The position numbers and the translations under genes are program-made. Shown one piece after another: positions 28,555-39,847 of a stretch of DNA of 64,000 bases. The notes under the pieces are model-generated. The model did no database searches and had not been told where the DNA came from. It saw nothing but the letters and a program-made list of their open reading frames with translations. Origin of the DNA: Aulosira sp. ZfuVER01 (lineage in GTDB: Bacteria > Cyanobacteriota > Cyanobacteriia > Cyanobacteriales > Nostocaceae); the NCBI GenBank assembly GCA_034530615.2, contig JAVRCV020000001.1, positions 20,156 through 84,155 on the forward strand. The letters run 5' to 3'. Position 1 is the stretch's first letter. Each line of letters begins with the position of its first letter.

Positions 28555-29901
28555 TTACTCTCCGGTAATCGATAGTTCATTAACCCAGATTCGGGGACAA
28601 ACTCCCCCTGGTGTTAACTCAACTTCTTTTTCTACATAAATAACCGACTTTAGAAGTTCCAAGAAATCACCAGCAACTGTTGCTGACTCAATACTTGTCT
28701 TTACACCTTTGTTGATTAGCCAACCATCAAAAGGTAGAGAGAACGAACCTTGTAAAGCTTTCACCCCGGCGTGGAGAGCTTGTAAATCATCAATTAAAAT
28801 CACATTTTCCGCAGTTTCTAAGCTTAATTCTTGCTCGGGATCTGCGGCTCTAAATACATGGTAAAAGTTAGGGCTAACGCTAACTTTTGCGCCAATACTG
28901 GCATTACCAGTTGGCTGGGCATTCATCCTTTTAGCAGTACCTGCACTGTGCAGAAAGCCTGTTAAAACGCCCTTGTCAATGAGAGAAACCTGACGTGTAG
29001 GAGTACCTTCACCATCAAAAGTTTCTGCACCGACGTTAGCTGGATGCAATGCATCATCAACTACCGAGAGTAGAGGAGAAGCAATTTGCTTACCTAAATC
29101 ATCAGGAGTAGATAAGCTTTGATTGTCAAGAATACTTTGGGCATTGAATAAGTTAGAAAATGCACCCAACAAACTTAAAAACGCTTCAGGAGAGAAAACA
29201 ACTAAATATTTACCAGACTTGACTTTTTCATAGTTCAAGTGACTAATAGTTTTTTCGGCAGTTTCTTGGATACAACCATTAATGTCCAGATGATCTACAG
29301 CACGGTTAATTCTAAAAGCACCAGCACTGCGTGGTTTTTTCCCTTCTTCTTCAGTTTTGCTGTAAAGATATACCGATGCTAAAGAGTGAGATTCAGTTCT
29401 AGCTGCACCCTCACTATTGAGATAGAATCGGTCAATATCTCTTTGCGCCAAGCCGTTATAAGGAACGCCTTTAATTGCTGGGTGCGCTGATAGTAATTCC
29501 TTTTCAGCTACCAGTAGTTTCTCTATGAGTTCAGAAACAGGCGCTTGGGTTGCTTTCTCGTGAGGCGTGTTGTCAATAGGAATAGTAGCCTCTGGGCTAA
29601 AATCAGGCACATTTTCTTTTACCCCAAAGAAACTAGCTTCGTAAGCAGTTTTTAAAGCTAATTCTAATCCTTTGGGGTCTACATCTGTGGTGCTGGTGAC
29701 ACCCATTGTATTGTCTTCATTCCAGACACGAACGGTAACACCAGAACGATTAGAGGCTTTAACTTGTTTTGGCTCACCTTGATCTACTTGTACGCTTGTT
29801 TCATCTACAGTAGAGCCATAAATGTCAAATTTTTTGATGCCAAGTTTCTCAGCATTTTCCTTGGCATAATTTGCTATTTCATTGATAGTTGGCATAGACA
29901 A
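28555..29901 (-). CDS. tldE: TldE/PmbA family protein
   Basis: FDGEGTPT, TGNA, GSFSL motifs; lacks HExxxH; follows tldD. Confidence 0.9.
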   Translation of the reverse strand: MSMPTINEIANYAKENAEKLGIKKFDIYGSTVDETSVQVDQGEPKQVKASNRSGVTVRVWNEDNTMGVTSTTDVDPKGLELALKTAYEASFFGVKENVPDFSPEATIPIDNTPHEKATQAPVSELIEKLLVAEKELLSAHPAIKGVPYNGLAQRDIDRFYLNSEGAARTESHSLASVYLYSKTEEEGKKPRSAGAFRINRAVDHLDINGCIQETAEKTISHLNYEKVKSGKYLVVFSPEAFLSLLGAFSNLFNAQSILDNQSLSTPDDLGKQIASPLLSVVDDALHPANVGAETFDGEGTPTRQVSLIDKGVLTGFLHSAGTAKRMNAQPTGNASIGAKVSVSPNFYHVFRAADPEQELSLETAENVILIDDLQALHAGVKALQGSFSLPFDGWLINKGVKTSIESATVAGDFLELLKSVIYVEKEVELTPGGVCPRIWVNELSITGE

Positions 29902-30175
29902 TTTTGGATTTTGGATTTTAGATTTTTAACCCACAATTGACACAGATATACCTTAATCTGTGTTCATCTGTGGTTTTAATAAATGTGTCTCACCACAAGA
30001 ATACCTAAGTAAAGTGTTGCTTTAATTAATCACAACTTCTTCTTATAAAACCTCTGCGTACCTCTGCGCTGACTCTGTGTTCCTCTGCGTTTAAAAACTC
30101 TAAATTTAACGAACCGCATAGACGCGGAGCGGCTTCCCGCAGGGTAGGACGAAAAGGCGCAAAGGAAGAGATAAA
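29902..30175. repeat. Repeat-filled tldD-tldE spacer (GATTTTG heptamers, CTCTGCGT decamers, nested SDR at 30119-30147)
   Basis: ttttggattttggattttagatttt; cctctgcgtacctctgcgctgactctgtgttcctctgcgt; tagacgcggagcggcttcccgcagggtag. Confidence 0.7.
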
Positions 30176-30207
30176 AAAGTAATCTTGTAGCGAGAAGGAA
30201 GTAACTA

Positions 30208-31680
30208 TTAGCGTCCGCCTACGGTAATAGAATCAACCTTGATGTGAGGTTGTCCTACTGTTGTGTAGATACTGCCACTAACAGAACCACAGAAACCAGG
30301 TGCAAGTTCTAAATCTTGGGAACACATGGAAATTTTATTCATAATTTCCTTCGCTTCACCAATCAGAATTGCGCCTTTTAAAGGTTTGGTGATTTTGCCA
30401 TTTTCAATCAAATAAGCTTCATCAACGCCAAAGTTAAATTGACCTGTAGCACCTACACTACCACCACCCATTTTTTTGCAGTAAATGCCTTTATCAATGG
30501 AGGCAAATAAATCATCAATATTGTATTCACCAGTAGCGATATAAGTATTGCGCATCCGGCTAGCAGCGGCAAAGGTATAATTTTGGCGGCGTCCACTTCC
30601 AGTTCTGGGGTGTCCGGTACGCCAAGAACCTGTTCTATCTGCTAAGAAATTCTTGAGAACGCCTTTTTCAATTAATAGAGTTCTTTGAGCAGGCATACCT
30701 TCGTCATCCATATCAATTGTTCCGAAGGCATTTTCGGCTCGTCCTTCATCCCAAGCTGTGAGACTTTCGTGGGCAATTTTCTCACCTTTTTTATCAGCAA
30801 AGGGAGAGGTATTACGTTCAATTTGAGTAGTTTCTAATAAGTGGCCGCAAGCTTCGTGGAAAATTACCCCACCAAAGTGATTGGCCATGATAATCGGATA
30901 AGTGCCTGATTCTACATAATCAGCGTAGAGCATCTTACCAGCAGATTCGGATATTTGCTCGGCAGCTTGTTGGTAATCCCAAGTCCTGAGGAAGTTGGCA
31001 TCACTGGTATTACCTGCGCGTTCACCAATGGAGGCGCGATTAGCTCCATCTGCACAGAGAAGGTTAAAGCCTACAGATTGGGTGAGGCGAATGTCACGAG
31101 CAAAAGTCCCATCACTGGCGGCAACTAATACTTCTTGCCAATCGCGGAAATAGGTAGCGCGACGAGATTGCACGTGGCTGGCTTTTCTCTTCAGTTGGGC
31201 AGTACCATCAAGTAGAACTTCTCCCATTTCGCGGATAGAGCTACACAGTGGTAGCCAGCCATCTTTACCTCTTTTTGTGGCGTAGTCTCTGAGTAATTCT
31301 AGGTTGATTTCTGGAATAAAAGCGTTGGGTGCGGGTAATTGCAATCCTAAGATAGAAAGACCTTTTTCTAAGGCTGCTTTTAATCCGGAGAATGAAAGAT
31401 TATTGGTGCTGACATAGCAATCAGCCTTGCCACGAAATACTCTAACGCCCGCACCTGTAGCGAGACTTGGTGAAATACTGGTAATAGCGTCATCTTCAGC
31501 AAGGCAACTAATGTAGTTGCGACGCTCTAGATAAAATTCGATGAAGTCAGCACCAGCGGCGCGTCCTAGTCCCAAAAGGGTAGCCAGAGGGGCTTCCCAA
31601 GTTTCATCGAATCGTTCCGAAGTGGAAGAGTATTGGAGATTGGGGAGTTGGTTCGAGAGAAGTAGCGTACTTGTAAGCAT
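30208..31680 (-). CDS. tldD: TldD metalloprotease
   Basis: [28 protein letters not shown]-terminal CG...VGQPHIKV. Confidence 0.93.
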   Translation of the reverse strand: MLTSTLLLSNQLPNLQYSSTSERFDETWEAPLATLLGLGRAAGADFIEFYLERRNYISCLAEDDAITSISPSLATGAGVRVFRGKADCYVSTNNLSFSGLKAALEKGLSILGLQLPAPNAFIPEINLELLRDYATKRGKDGWLPLCSSIREMGEVLLDGTAQLKRKASHVQSRRATYFRDWQEVLVAASDGTFARDIRLTQSVGFNLLCADGANRASIGERAGNTSDANFLRTWDYQQAAEQISESAGKMLYADYVESGTYPIIMANHFGGVIFHEACGHLLETTQIERNTSPFADKKGEKIAHESLTAWDEGRAENAFGTIDMDDEGMPAQRTLLIEKGVLKNFLADRTGSWRTGHPRTGSGRRQNYTFAAASRMRNTYIATGEYNIDDLFASIDKGIYCKKMGGGSVGATGQFNFGVDEAYLIENGKITKPLKGAILIGEAKEIMNKISMCSQDLELAPGFCGSVSGSIYTTVGQPHIKVDSITVGGR

Positions 31681-31965
31681 TGATAGCCTCGTCTGCTGGC
31701 GTATTCAGAGATTTGACCGAAAATTCCTAGTGTGTTCAGTCTAACAAATCAGTGAAAGCCGCAGTCGGCAGTGAGGCTGTAGAGGTTTCCTCACCTGGGA
31801 AACTTAAATACTAATATTTAGATGGTAGTAAAGTCACAAACTTTAGATAGCGATCGCTGTGAGTTCTCTTAGATGAATTTCTCAAAAGCCTTTCGTAAAC
31901 TAACCAGAGCGATCGCATATCGAAAATCCTAATTAGATCCCGATGTGCGATCGCTATTAACTCTA

Positions 31966-33471
31966 TCACTGACACATTGCCAATCGTGAAGTGAGAGCCG
32001 AAAATCCCACCAGACAACCAAATAAACCGACTACCCAACCTTGGCGCACGTTTAGCAAATCAACACTCGCCGCCGCCGGAAAATGGCCAAGAGGCGCATT
32101 ATCTACAAATTTCAGATCGGAGTAGAATTGCCAATTATTATTCACGCGCCAGCCGATGCGATCGCAAAATTTACCCCATGTTTCATAATCAGCATCAGGT
32201 TGATCGCTAACGCTTTCCCAAATGCGCTTTTGCACGCTAAAACCAAAACGACCTTGGCTATATTTCACCCAAAGTTGGTCAATGGTATAAAGGTCGGTAC
32301 AGGGAAATTGGTTAATTGCTTCAATATCTAGCCAGCCTACTTTTTCTCGCTTTGCTACCTTCAGCATCAGCGTCAAAGTTTCTCTGTCTGCGGCTTTCCA
32401 ATCACCAGCTGCTAGTAATTCACACAATCGCTGATAGTCTACTCCCCGTTCTGAACTGAGGTAATCAATGGCGGGTTCTGGGATTGTGACTGTTGATTGA
32501 TGTTGAGGTTGTGCGATCGCATTTACACCAGAAACATAAACAGTTGGTTTTGAGGTAAATTTTTCATCGCCTCCCAGATGTTGAGCAGTTCTTGGGATCG
32601 TATTTATTTTATTAGTATTTACCGTAATTGTTCGTATCCATAGCTGCTCTAATTCTGCCAATTCCTTACTATGATTAACTTCTGCTGGTAAAGAATTTAT
32701 CTGTTGATTAGCAATTTCCTGTAAATTTGCATACTTTTGTATAATAATCCGGTGCGATTTAGCAACTGGTTCTGCATTTATATAAGGTGTTTGCAGTGGA
32801 TATTTGTAGTGTGCTAAAAGTTCTGGCACGCGGAAACTGAGATATTGGTGCAAGCGTTTGATGGTGGCGCATTGTCCCTGAATTCCTAAACTTTCTAGGA
32901 TTGCATGGGTAAAGACACCTTGTTGCAGCGCATCAATTTCCGAGGAAGATTCATAGGGACTACAAGATACAATACTGATGACTCCGGTTTTATGCGCCAA
33001 CTGTTGTGTTTGTAGTCCAATCCCTTCACTACTTTGTTTGTGCTGATGGCGACAAGCATCTAACATCATCACAATATTTTCAGAACCACAACCGCGCAGG
33101 CATTCAGTTAGATATTTCAGGGAAATTCCTGTGTTTTCTATATTATCTGGATGCCCATCAGCAGGCATGAGGTAATCTTGATGAGCATACATCATTCCAT
33201 GACCGCTAAAGAAAAACCAGAAGTTATCTTCTGGTTCTAAGAAAGGATGCTCAAATAATTGCTCTAAAAATTTTAATAAGTTAGTGCGGTAGGGACGAGT
33301 CAGTTTACCTCCAATACTAGGCGAGTCATCCGAAAATAAGAAAACTCGCTCAAAACCTGCTTCGTTGCGGAGCAAATTCTGCATCAACTCTGCATCCCGC
33401 TTCGCATACTTGAGCGGTTGCAAGAAGTCGTAATGATTAATACCAATAACCAAAGCCCAGTTTTTCACCAT
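31966..33471 (-). CDS. Caspase-family (peptidase C14) protein with C-terminal GUN4 domain
   Basis: WALVIGIN.Y, FFFSGHG, LDACR, GVFT; then VDY..L..LL..G.W..AD.ET, FPC.DL.TIDQLW..YS.GRFGFSVQK.IW and AP.GH.P. Confidence 0.92.
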   Translation of the reverse strand: MVKNWALVIGINHYDFLQPLKYAKRDAELMQNLLRNEAGFERVFLFSDDSPSIGGKLTRPYRTNLLKFLEQLFEHPFLEPEDNFWFFFSGHGMMYAHQDYLMPADGHPDNIENTGISLKYLTECLRGCGSENIVMMLDACRHQHKQSSEGIGLQTQQLAHKTGVISIVSCSPYESSSEIDALQQGVFTHAILESLGIQGQCATIKRLHQYLSFRVPELLAHYKYPLQTPYINAEPVAKSHRIIIQKYANLQEIANQQINSLPAEVNHSKELAELEQLWIRTITVNTNKINTIPRTAQHLGGDEKFTSKPTVYVSGVNAIAQPQHQSTVTIPEPAIDYLSSERGVDYQRLCELLAAGDWKAADRETLTLMLKVAKREKVGWLDIEAINQFPCTDLYTIDQLWVKYSQGRFGFSVQKRIWESVSDQPDADYETWGKFCDRIGWRVNNNWQFYSDLKFVDNAPLGHFPAAASVDLLNVRQGWVVGLFGCLVGFSALTSRLAMCQ

Positions 33472-33811
33472 CTCACTTTAGATTGTTGCCAGTGCAAGTA
33501 GAGTTTGATTGCTCCTAACCCATTACTTTCGGGAATTTTCCTGAAAGTAGTTCAACCCTAGCCAGTCATGAAAAATTCTAGATTTACGATCTAGGTTCCA
33601 TAAATCTTAGGGCTGGGAAGAAGAACACTTTGTATTTCGCGCTACATATTATCGATACAAACAACTCCTTCTACGGCTGTTAGTCAGGTGTTTCCGGACT
33701 AAAAATAGCCTGAATGAAGACACGGAAATACAGAGACGTAAAGATGAGAGAAAAGACAATCGCACAATACTTTGCAGTTACGGCAATTGAAATGCTGAGG
33801 CTGCTAGTTGA

Positions 33812-34168
33812 TTAAAGCTCTAATTTTTCTCGAATTATTTCTTCTTTATCTTTAAAACCTACTAGCACTGCTTTTGCATCCTTGACAAAAAGGGGTCGTT
33901 TCAGCAGCATTGCGTCGTTAGCGAATGCGTCAATCCACTGTTCATCAGTCCAGCTTTTCTTTTCGTCACCTAAAGCACGGTAGGATTGACCAGAAGTATT
34001 TCGCATTGGAGCATAACCGAAAGTCTCTACCCAGTTTTGGATTGTTTCACGAGTTGGTGGAGTTTCTTTGGTATTAATGAATTCGTAATTAATTTTGTTG
34101 TCTCGCAACCATTTCAAAGCTTTTTTACAAGTAGCGCAGTTGGGAATTCCATAAACTTGAATGGGCAT
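33812..34168 (-). CDS. ArsC/Spx/MgsR family protein
   Basis: YGIPNCATCKKA...LLKRP; ATG at 34168. Confidence 0.9.
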   Translation of the reverse strand: MPIQVYGIPNCATCKKALKWLRDNKINYEFINTKETPPTRETIQNWVETFGYAPMRNTSGQSYRALGDEKKSWTDEQWIDAFANDAMLLKRPLFVKDAKAVLVGFKDKEEIIREKLEL

Positions 34169-34392
34169 ACAACAAACAGATAAAATTATCAATCAATTAT
34201 CAAGCATATCGTCAGAGATCGTGTAGGCATAGTTCTGACGATTGGTGGATACACCACTAATACCTACGGGCAATTAATCTTGAGCAATTGAAGCCGGGAA
34301 AAATACTAATTTAAAGACGGCAGATGGGAATAAAGCCTATTTAATATGGATATTTTTTTCCGCCAAGCTGTTCTATTTAGTTATAGTTAGTA

Positions 34393-34641
34393 TCATTGTC
34401 TTGATTCTTTCTCGGTAGTATTGGGTAATTGGTATTCATTTTTTGACAAGAGCTTGTTAGTAGTTATCAGGACAACAATTAACATTAGTAGCTGTATCTG
34501 CCAAGGTGCTAAGACCAAACTCAAAATGAAGCAAATGAATCCAAATACACCAGCGATGTAAGCTATTTCGTCAGTAGATTGCTTAACTAAATAGCCAGTT
34601 AATAAAGCCGTGCAAAGTGGAACCAAGAAGAACAAAGCCAT
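34393..34641 (-). CDS. Small hypothetical membrane protein
   Basis: 82 aa, three hydrophobic segments, GAGG RBS. Confidence 0.7.
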   Translation of the reverse strand: MALFFLVPLCTALLTGYLVKQSTDEIAYIAGVFGFICFILSLVLAPWQIQLLMLIVVLITTNKLLSKNEYQLPNTTEKESRQ

Positions 34642-34881
34642 TTTTACTAACCTCTGAAATCCAACTTCTAAACCTGATTTAAATAGATTAAAAAGATGGT
34701 TGACATAGTTACTAATTTTACATCCTAGCCGGATTGAGGTACAACTAGCTATGTAAAATAACGGTGGAGAAAATTAAGATTTTATAATCATCTGGTAAAT
34801 TAGCTTAACATCATTACGCTTGCATGAGCAGAACGATTAGCATATTACCTTGATAAGTAGCGTTTTCCACTGAGACACCCG

Positions 34882-37041
34882 ATGCTGAACATTCCTCAAT
34901 TACTGGCAACTGAACTCGAGCTTAAACCCTTTCAGGTGCAAAATGCGCTGGAACTATTCGCAGAAGGTGCAACTATTCCTTTTATCGCACGTTACCGTAA
35001 GGAGCGCACCGGCGAAATGGATGAAGTCCAACTGCGGGACTTATCCGATAGGTATACCTACTTAAGCGAACTGGAAGAAAGAAAAGCGGTAATTTTAAAT
35101 GCGATCGCCAACCAAGGTAAACTCACAGATGAACTCAAAGAGCAGATTACATCTTGTTTACAGAAAACTGAGCTTGAGGATTTATACTTACCCTACAGGC
35201 CAAAGCGACGCACCCGCGCCACTATCGCTAGAGAGAAAGGTTTAGAATCGCTAGCAGATTTTATTAAATCGCTAAATGTGAAAAATCCTGTATCAGCTTC
35301 CCTAGAAGCAGAAGCGGCGAAGTATGTTTCTGAAACTCAGGGAGTAAAAACAGCAGAAGAAGCCTTGAAAGGTGCTGCTGATATCTTAGCCGAGGAAGTA
35401 GCAGAAAAAGCTGAGTCACGGGCATATATTCGTGATTATCTTTTAGAATCAGGAGTCTTTAATTCGAGAATTAAAGACGAACATCCCGAAGGTACAACAA
35501 AATTTGAAATGTACCGCAACTATCAAGCTAAGGTGAAAAATATAGCACCTCATAATATTTTGGCGCTGTGTCGGGGTGAAGCTGAAGGCGTGTTATCTTT
35601 TGAAATCGCCTTTGATGAGGATGTGGTACTTTCCTATTTAGAGTCAAAGGAAATTAAAACCAAAGTCCGCGCTATTCGAGATTTTTATCAGGCGATGGTG
35701 AAGGATGCATTTAACCGCTTGATGAAGGCTTCTCTGATAGGAGAAGTAATTGCTGAGAAGAAAACCTACGCTGATTTTGAGTCGATTAAAACCTTTGAAA
35801 CTAATTTGCGGGAATTGCTATTATCTGCACCAGCTGGGATGAAACCAACTTTGGCAATCGATCCTGGGTTCAGAACTGGGTGTAAAGTAGCAGTAATCGA
35901 CCAAACAGGGAAATTTTTGGAATACCAAGCGGTGTTTCCCCATCAAGCGGCGGAACAACGGACGAAAGCTGCACAAACTATCAAAAATTTGATTGAAAAA
36001 TACAAAATTGAGTTAATAGCAATTGGTAATGGTACAGCTTCCCGCGAGACTGAGGAGTTTGTTTCCCAAGTGTTGCAAGCTATAGAACGCAAACCAGTTA
36101 AGGTAATGGTAAATGAATCGGGTGCATCTATATATTCTGCTAGCAAAGTAGCATTAGAAGAGTTTCCTGATTTAGATGTTACCGTGCGCGGAGCCATTAG
36201 CATCGGTCGCCGTTTGCAAGACCCACTGGCGGAACTGGTGAAAATCGATCCAAAATCGATTGGTGTGGGACAATATCAGCACGATGTAGACCAGAAGTTG
36301 CTGAAGAAAAAGTTAGATGAAACTGTCGAAAGTTGCGTGAACTATGTTGGCGTAGACTTGAACACAGCTTCTAAAGAACTTTTGACCTTTGTTTCGGGAA
36401 TTACGCCAGCAGTTGCCAATAATATTGTTACTTATCGCAACGAGAATGGAGCCTTTAAAAATCGCCGCCAACTGTTAAAAGTACCAAAGCTAGGGCCAAA
36501 AGCCTTTGAACAAGCAGCCGGGTTTCTGCGCATTCGTAACGGTGAGAACCCTTTGGATAATACCGCCGTGCATCCTGAGAGTTACTCCTTAGTAGAAGCG
36601 ATCGCATCCGACCTCAACGTACCATTAAATCAGGTGACACAAATAGCCGCAAAACTCCAAAAAACCAATCTGAAGAAATACGTCACCGATACCGTAGGCG
36701 AACCGACACTGCGCGACATCCTCAGCGAACTGGAAAAACCAGGTAGAGATCCCCGTGCTGAGTTTAAGTATGCCACCTTCAAAGAAGGAATTACAGAAAT
36801 CAAAGATTTGCAAGAGGGGATGGAATTAGAAGGTATCATTACCAATGTTGCTAACTTTGGTGCATTTGTTGATATCGGCGTACATCAGGATGGCTTGGTG
36901 CATATCTCCCAACTTGCTGATAGATTTGTTGACGATCCGAAAAAGATTGTTAAAGTCGGACAAGTTGTGAAAGTCCGGGTGTTGGAAGTAAATGAGAAGC
37001 TGAAGCGCATTAGTTTGTCGATGAAATCTGTGAGACAGTGA
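34882..37041 (+). CDS. tex: Tex family transcription accessory protein (S1 domain)
   Basis: GATIPFIARYRKE, IDPGFRTGCK, GNGTASRET, IGVGQYQHD, C-terminal S1 FGAFVDIGV.QDGLVHIS. Confidence 0.95.
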   Translation: MLNIPQLLATELELKPFQVQNALELFAEGATIPFIARYRKERTGEMDEVQLRDLSDRYTYLSELEERKAVILNAIANQGKLTDELKEQITSCLQKTELEDLYLPYRPKRRTRATIAREKGLESLADFIKSLNVKNPVSASLEAEAAKYVSETQGVKTAEEALKGAADILAEEVAEKAESRAYIRDYLLESGVFNSRIKDEHPEGTTKFEMYRNYQAKVKNIAPHNILALCRGEAEGVLSFEIAFDEDVVLSYLESKEIKTKVRAIRDFYQAMVKDAFNRLMKASLIGEVIAEKKTYADFESIKTFETNLRELLLSAPAGMKPTLAIDPGFRTGCKVAVIDQTGKFLEYQAVFPHQAAEQRTKAAQTIKNLIEKYKIELIAIGNGTASRETEEFVSQVLQAIERKPVKVMVNESGASIYSASKVALEEFPDLDVTVRGAISIGRRLQDPLAELVKIDPKSIGVGQYQHDVDQKLLKKKLDETVESCVNYVGVDLNTASKELLTFVSGITPAVANNIVTYRNENGAFKNRRQLLKVPKLGPKAFEQAAGFLRIRNGENPLDNTAVHPESYSLVEAIASDLNVPLNQVTQIAAKLQKTNLKKYVTDTVGEPTLRDILSELEKPGRDPRAEFKYATFKEGITEIKDLQEGMELEGIITNVANFGAFVDIGVHQDGLVHISQLADRFVDDPKKIVKVGQVVKVRVLEVNEKLKRISLSMKSVRQ

Positions 37042-37243
37042 AGTACTGCAACCTGCTTCGCAGTGACAATACTTTGTGTTTCTGTGGGATAAAAATCTTT
37101 ATGAACCACAGAGACACAAAGAAAAAAGAGTTTTCATTAAAATTACCCTAATGGGGTAAAAATAGCCTTTTCACCATACTTTGTGTAAAACTGCCTCAAA
37201 GAGAGAAAATAACAACAGTTATTTCTTGTATTTATAATCGCAA

Positions 37244-37567
37244 ATGGCAGTTTATCAAGTTCGACTCATCAATCCTGCGATCGCGTTAGACCGTACCATT
37301 GAAGTACCAGACGATCAATATATCCTCGACATAGCAGAAGACTTTGGTATCCGCCTTCCATCTGGGTGCAAACAAGGGGAATGTTCAGCTTGTGTTGCTA
37401 AACTGATTAGTGGCGAGGTTGACCAAAGTGAACAGAAATTTCTCCGTCCCCAGGAAATACAGGCTGGCTATGTTGTTACTTGTGTAACTTATCCCTCATC
37501 GGATTGCACTTTAGAAACCCATCAAGAACAAGTTTTATATAAATCGTCGCTTTACTACAAGCAATAA
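37244..37567 (+). CDS. Plant-type 2Fe-2S ferredoxin-like protein
   Basis: CKQGECSAC...C. Confidence 0.92.
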   Translation: MAVYQVRLINPAIALDRTIEVPDDQYILDIAEDFGIRLPSGCKQGECSACVAKLISGEVDQSEQKFLRPQEIQAGYVVTCVTYPSSDCTLETHQEQVLYKSSLYYKQ

Positions 37568-37695
37568 ATTTTAGTATTAGATGTCTTGGCATTAGTTTAC
37601 AAACTTAAGATTTTCTTTATAAAGTGATTCTGAAAGTTTTAGCAATAAAAAATCAAATAGAAAATTAAAAACTGATTGTTTAGTTTGCTCAATTC

Positions 37696-37734
37696 TCAGC
37701 CGGATGGTAGAAGGGAAATCTATCTTGCTATTGA
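37696..37734. promoter_or_regulatory. Two candidate 16-bp TC-n3-C-n4-G-n3-GA operator sites
   Basis: TCAGCCGGATGGTAGA and TCTATCTTGCTATTGA (one mismatch) upstream of the YvlD-like gene. Confidence 0.35.
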
Positions 37735-37812
37735 TGTCCAGACAGATTGGATCGGTAAAAATAATTTAAGTGAAGTTAATTTTATCGATAATCTGTTTCT
37801 GAGGTAAAAATA

Positions 37813-38214
37813 ATGTTGGGACCCGTATTAACAGCGATAGCTACAGCTTTGAGCTTACTAATAGTTGATTTAGTTGTTCCAGGCGTTAATATTGCAAATT
37901 TTCCCGCTGCAATGATAGCAGCGTTAGTTATTGGTTTGGTCAATGGTTCAGTAAAACCAATTCTATCTACCTTATCTTTGCCACTTAACTTCTTAAGCTT
38001 TGGAGCATTTTCGCTAGTTGTAAACGGTATTTGTTTTGCATTAGCAGCAGCCTTAGTTCCGGGATTTTCCGTTCACGGACTCATTGCATTTCTCCTCGGT
38101 CCAGTGATTCTATCGTTTGCTAATACCTTCATCAACAACTACTTTGTCGAAAAGAATTTGGCTTCTTTAGGCAGTGGTGATGTGAATAATAAGGGAGAAT
38201 TACCCTCTAGCTAA
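37813..38214 (+). CDS. 4-TM phage holin family (YvlD-like) membrane protein
   Basis: GLVN..VKPIL..LSLP...L.FG.F.LVVN pattern. Confidence 0.85.
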   Translation: MLGPVLTAIATALSLLIVDLVVPGVNIANFPAAMIAALVIGLVNGSVKPILSTLSLPLNFLSFGAFSLVVNGICFALAAALVPGFSVHGLIAFLLGPVILSFANTFINNYFVEKNLASLGSGDVNNKGELPSS

Positions 38215-38344
38215 TTACATTTAAGAAATTTCTCTGCCAATCCTCAGTCATCGAAACAATATAACTACTTTGGTAATTTTATAATTCGGTGACATTCAGA
38301 CAAACAAATGTCAGTAAACCAAATCAATCATTAGCATTAAAACC

Positions 38345-38536
38345 ATGAAATTAACCCGCTTACTTCTTGGACTGTTGTTACCTCCCGTAGGAGTTTTTCT
38401 AGAAGTTGGTATCGGCCCGACTTTATTGATTAACATTTTGCTCACACTGTTAGGTTGGCTTCCTGGTAGCATTCATGCAGTTTGGGTTATTGCCAAGCAT
38501 GAAGAGCAGTTTAATAGACAGGATAATATTTACTAA
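38345..38536 (+). CDS. YqaE/Pmp3 family membrane protein
   Basis: LLPPVGVF...INILLTLLGWLPG.IHAVWVI. Confidence 0.93.
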   Translation: MKLTRLLLGLLLPPVGVFLEVGIGPTLLINILLTLLGWLPGSIHAVWVIAKHEEQFNRQDNIY

Positions 38537-38623
38537 CACGGTTGGATTGGTAATGGGTTTTTGATAATTGTGTGCAGTCTTCCCATTACCAATTTTTATA
38601 TTTAAAGTACCAACTTGATAATA

Positions 38624-39014
38624 GTAGGGTGTGTTATGCCGTAGGCTAACGCACCTTAAATTTTTGATTAGTTGAATTAATAATTATCACATACAGTAAA
38701 TGAACTACATAGGTAAGGACACAACATTTTTGTGCCCTTACAATTATCTGTATCTCACAAAGTAAATAGATCCGCGCTATAGAGGGTTTAGCACTGCTAA
38801 ACCCCTACAAAATATGTGTTTTGAAATCTTTCATATTTACTATCAATGCCTAAGTTCTACGATTTTCGCTAAGGGCGGGGTTTCTCCGTCCCTACGAAGG
38901 AATATATTGCATTTTTAAATTCACTATAGTAATCCTAATATTTTTTATAAAAAACTTTCTTAATCTTCCTCTTCAACAACAAAATTCCCGACTTCTTTAA
39001 GAAGTCGGGAATTT
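38624..39014. repeat. Cluster of five different REP-like palindromes
   Basis: Hairpins at 38624-38655, 38713-38741, 38779-38808, 38869-38895 and 38982-39014. Confidence 0.75.
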
Positions 39015-39040
39015 GAATTATGACAATTTTGACAAATTAA

Positions 39041-39847
39041 TTAGCTAGGGGGTAGCTTTGGTTTATCAATATGATCCTTGTCTTTAAACAATTCCGCTGC
39101 TGCTAGTAGTAACTCTCTTAAAGACTGTTTGAGTTGACGTTCTTTTCTAGCGATCGCAGTTCCTACTTCACCCAGCTTATCATCGAGTTGCGATCGCTTC
39201 TGTTCTACTTGTGTAGCCAAATTTTCTGCTTGGGGACGAGCTTGATTATACCAGTGTTTAGCTTCCTCTAAGTAATCTTTTACTTCCTCAGAACGTCCGC
39301 CGTAGCGTGCAGCTAAATTAGCTCTTACAATAGCTAGTTGTGCTTGTAGTTGCGCATAGCGTTTCTTAAGTAAACCGGCTTCCTCACTATCTTTAATGCC
39401 ATTGATTACAGAGTCAAGGACACTTTTAGTACTAGTAGATGTTTCTTTACCTGTCTCTTCAATCTCTGCCAAAATTACATCAACCTCTTGTTGCAGTTGT
39501 TCTTCTTCGCTATCAAGTTGAGACTGTAGCTTTTTAATTTCTGTCTGGGTTTTAGCAATATTCTCGTGTCGTTTGCTATTAACCCCTTCTAATACTCCTT
39601 CAATAGAAGCAGTTACTTCTTCTTTGATTTCGCCACCTTTTTCTTGAAAAGTTTCAATTACAGCAGAAACAGCATCTTTGACAATACTACGCAGTTCTAT
39701 AGAACCCGCCCTAAACTCAGAACCTACTTGAGAAACTGCGGCTTTGACAATTTCCCGAATTCGTTCACTTCTCAACTGTCCAGTTTCTCTGGCGTGTTGC
39801 AAATCTGCTTGAATTTTTTCTTTGATATTGTTGCTAGTCATCTTCAA
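39041..39847 (-). CDS. Hypothetical all-helical coiled-coil protein
   Basis: 268 aa, rich in E/K/Q/A, no enzymatic motif. Confidence 0.8.
   Translation of the reverse strand: MKMTSNNIKEKIQADLQHARETGQLRSERIREIVKAAVSQVGSEFRAGSIELRSIVKDAVSAVIETFQEKGGEIKEEVTASIEGVLEGVNSKRHENIAKTQTEIKKLQSQLDSEEEQLQQEVDVILAEIEETGKETSTSTKSVLDSVINGIKDSEEAGLLKKRYAQLQAQLAIVRANLAARYGGRSEEVKDYLEEAKHWYNQARPQAENLATQVEQKRSQLDDKLGEVGTAIARKERQLKQSLRELLLAAAELFKDKDHIDKPKLPPS

Noticed and set aside
28555..31680. RiPP cluster around tldD/tldE
   Set aside because: No precursor, YcaO, radical SAM or transporter genes adjacent; this looks like the housekeeping pair
37813..38214. Prophage, suggested by the holin-family label
   Set aside because: No endolysin, integrase or structural genes; neighbours are stress genes, as usual for YvlD-like proteins
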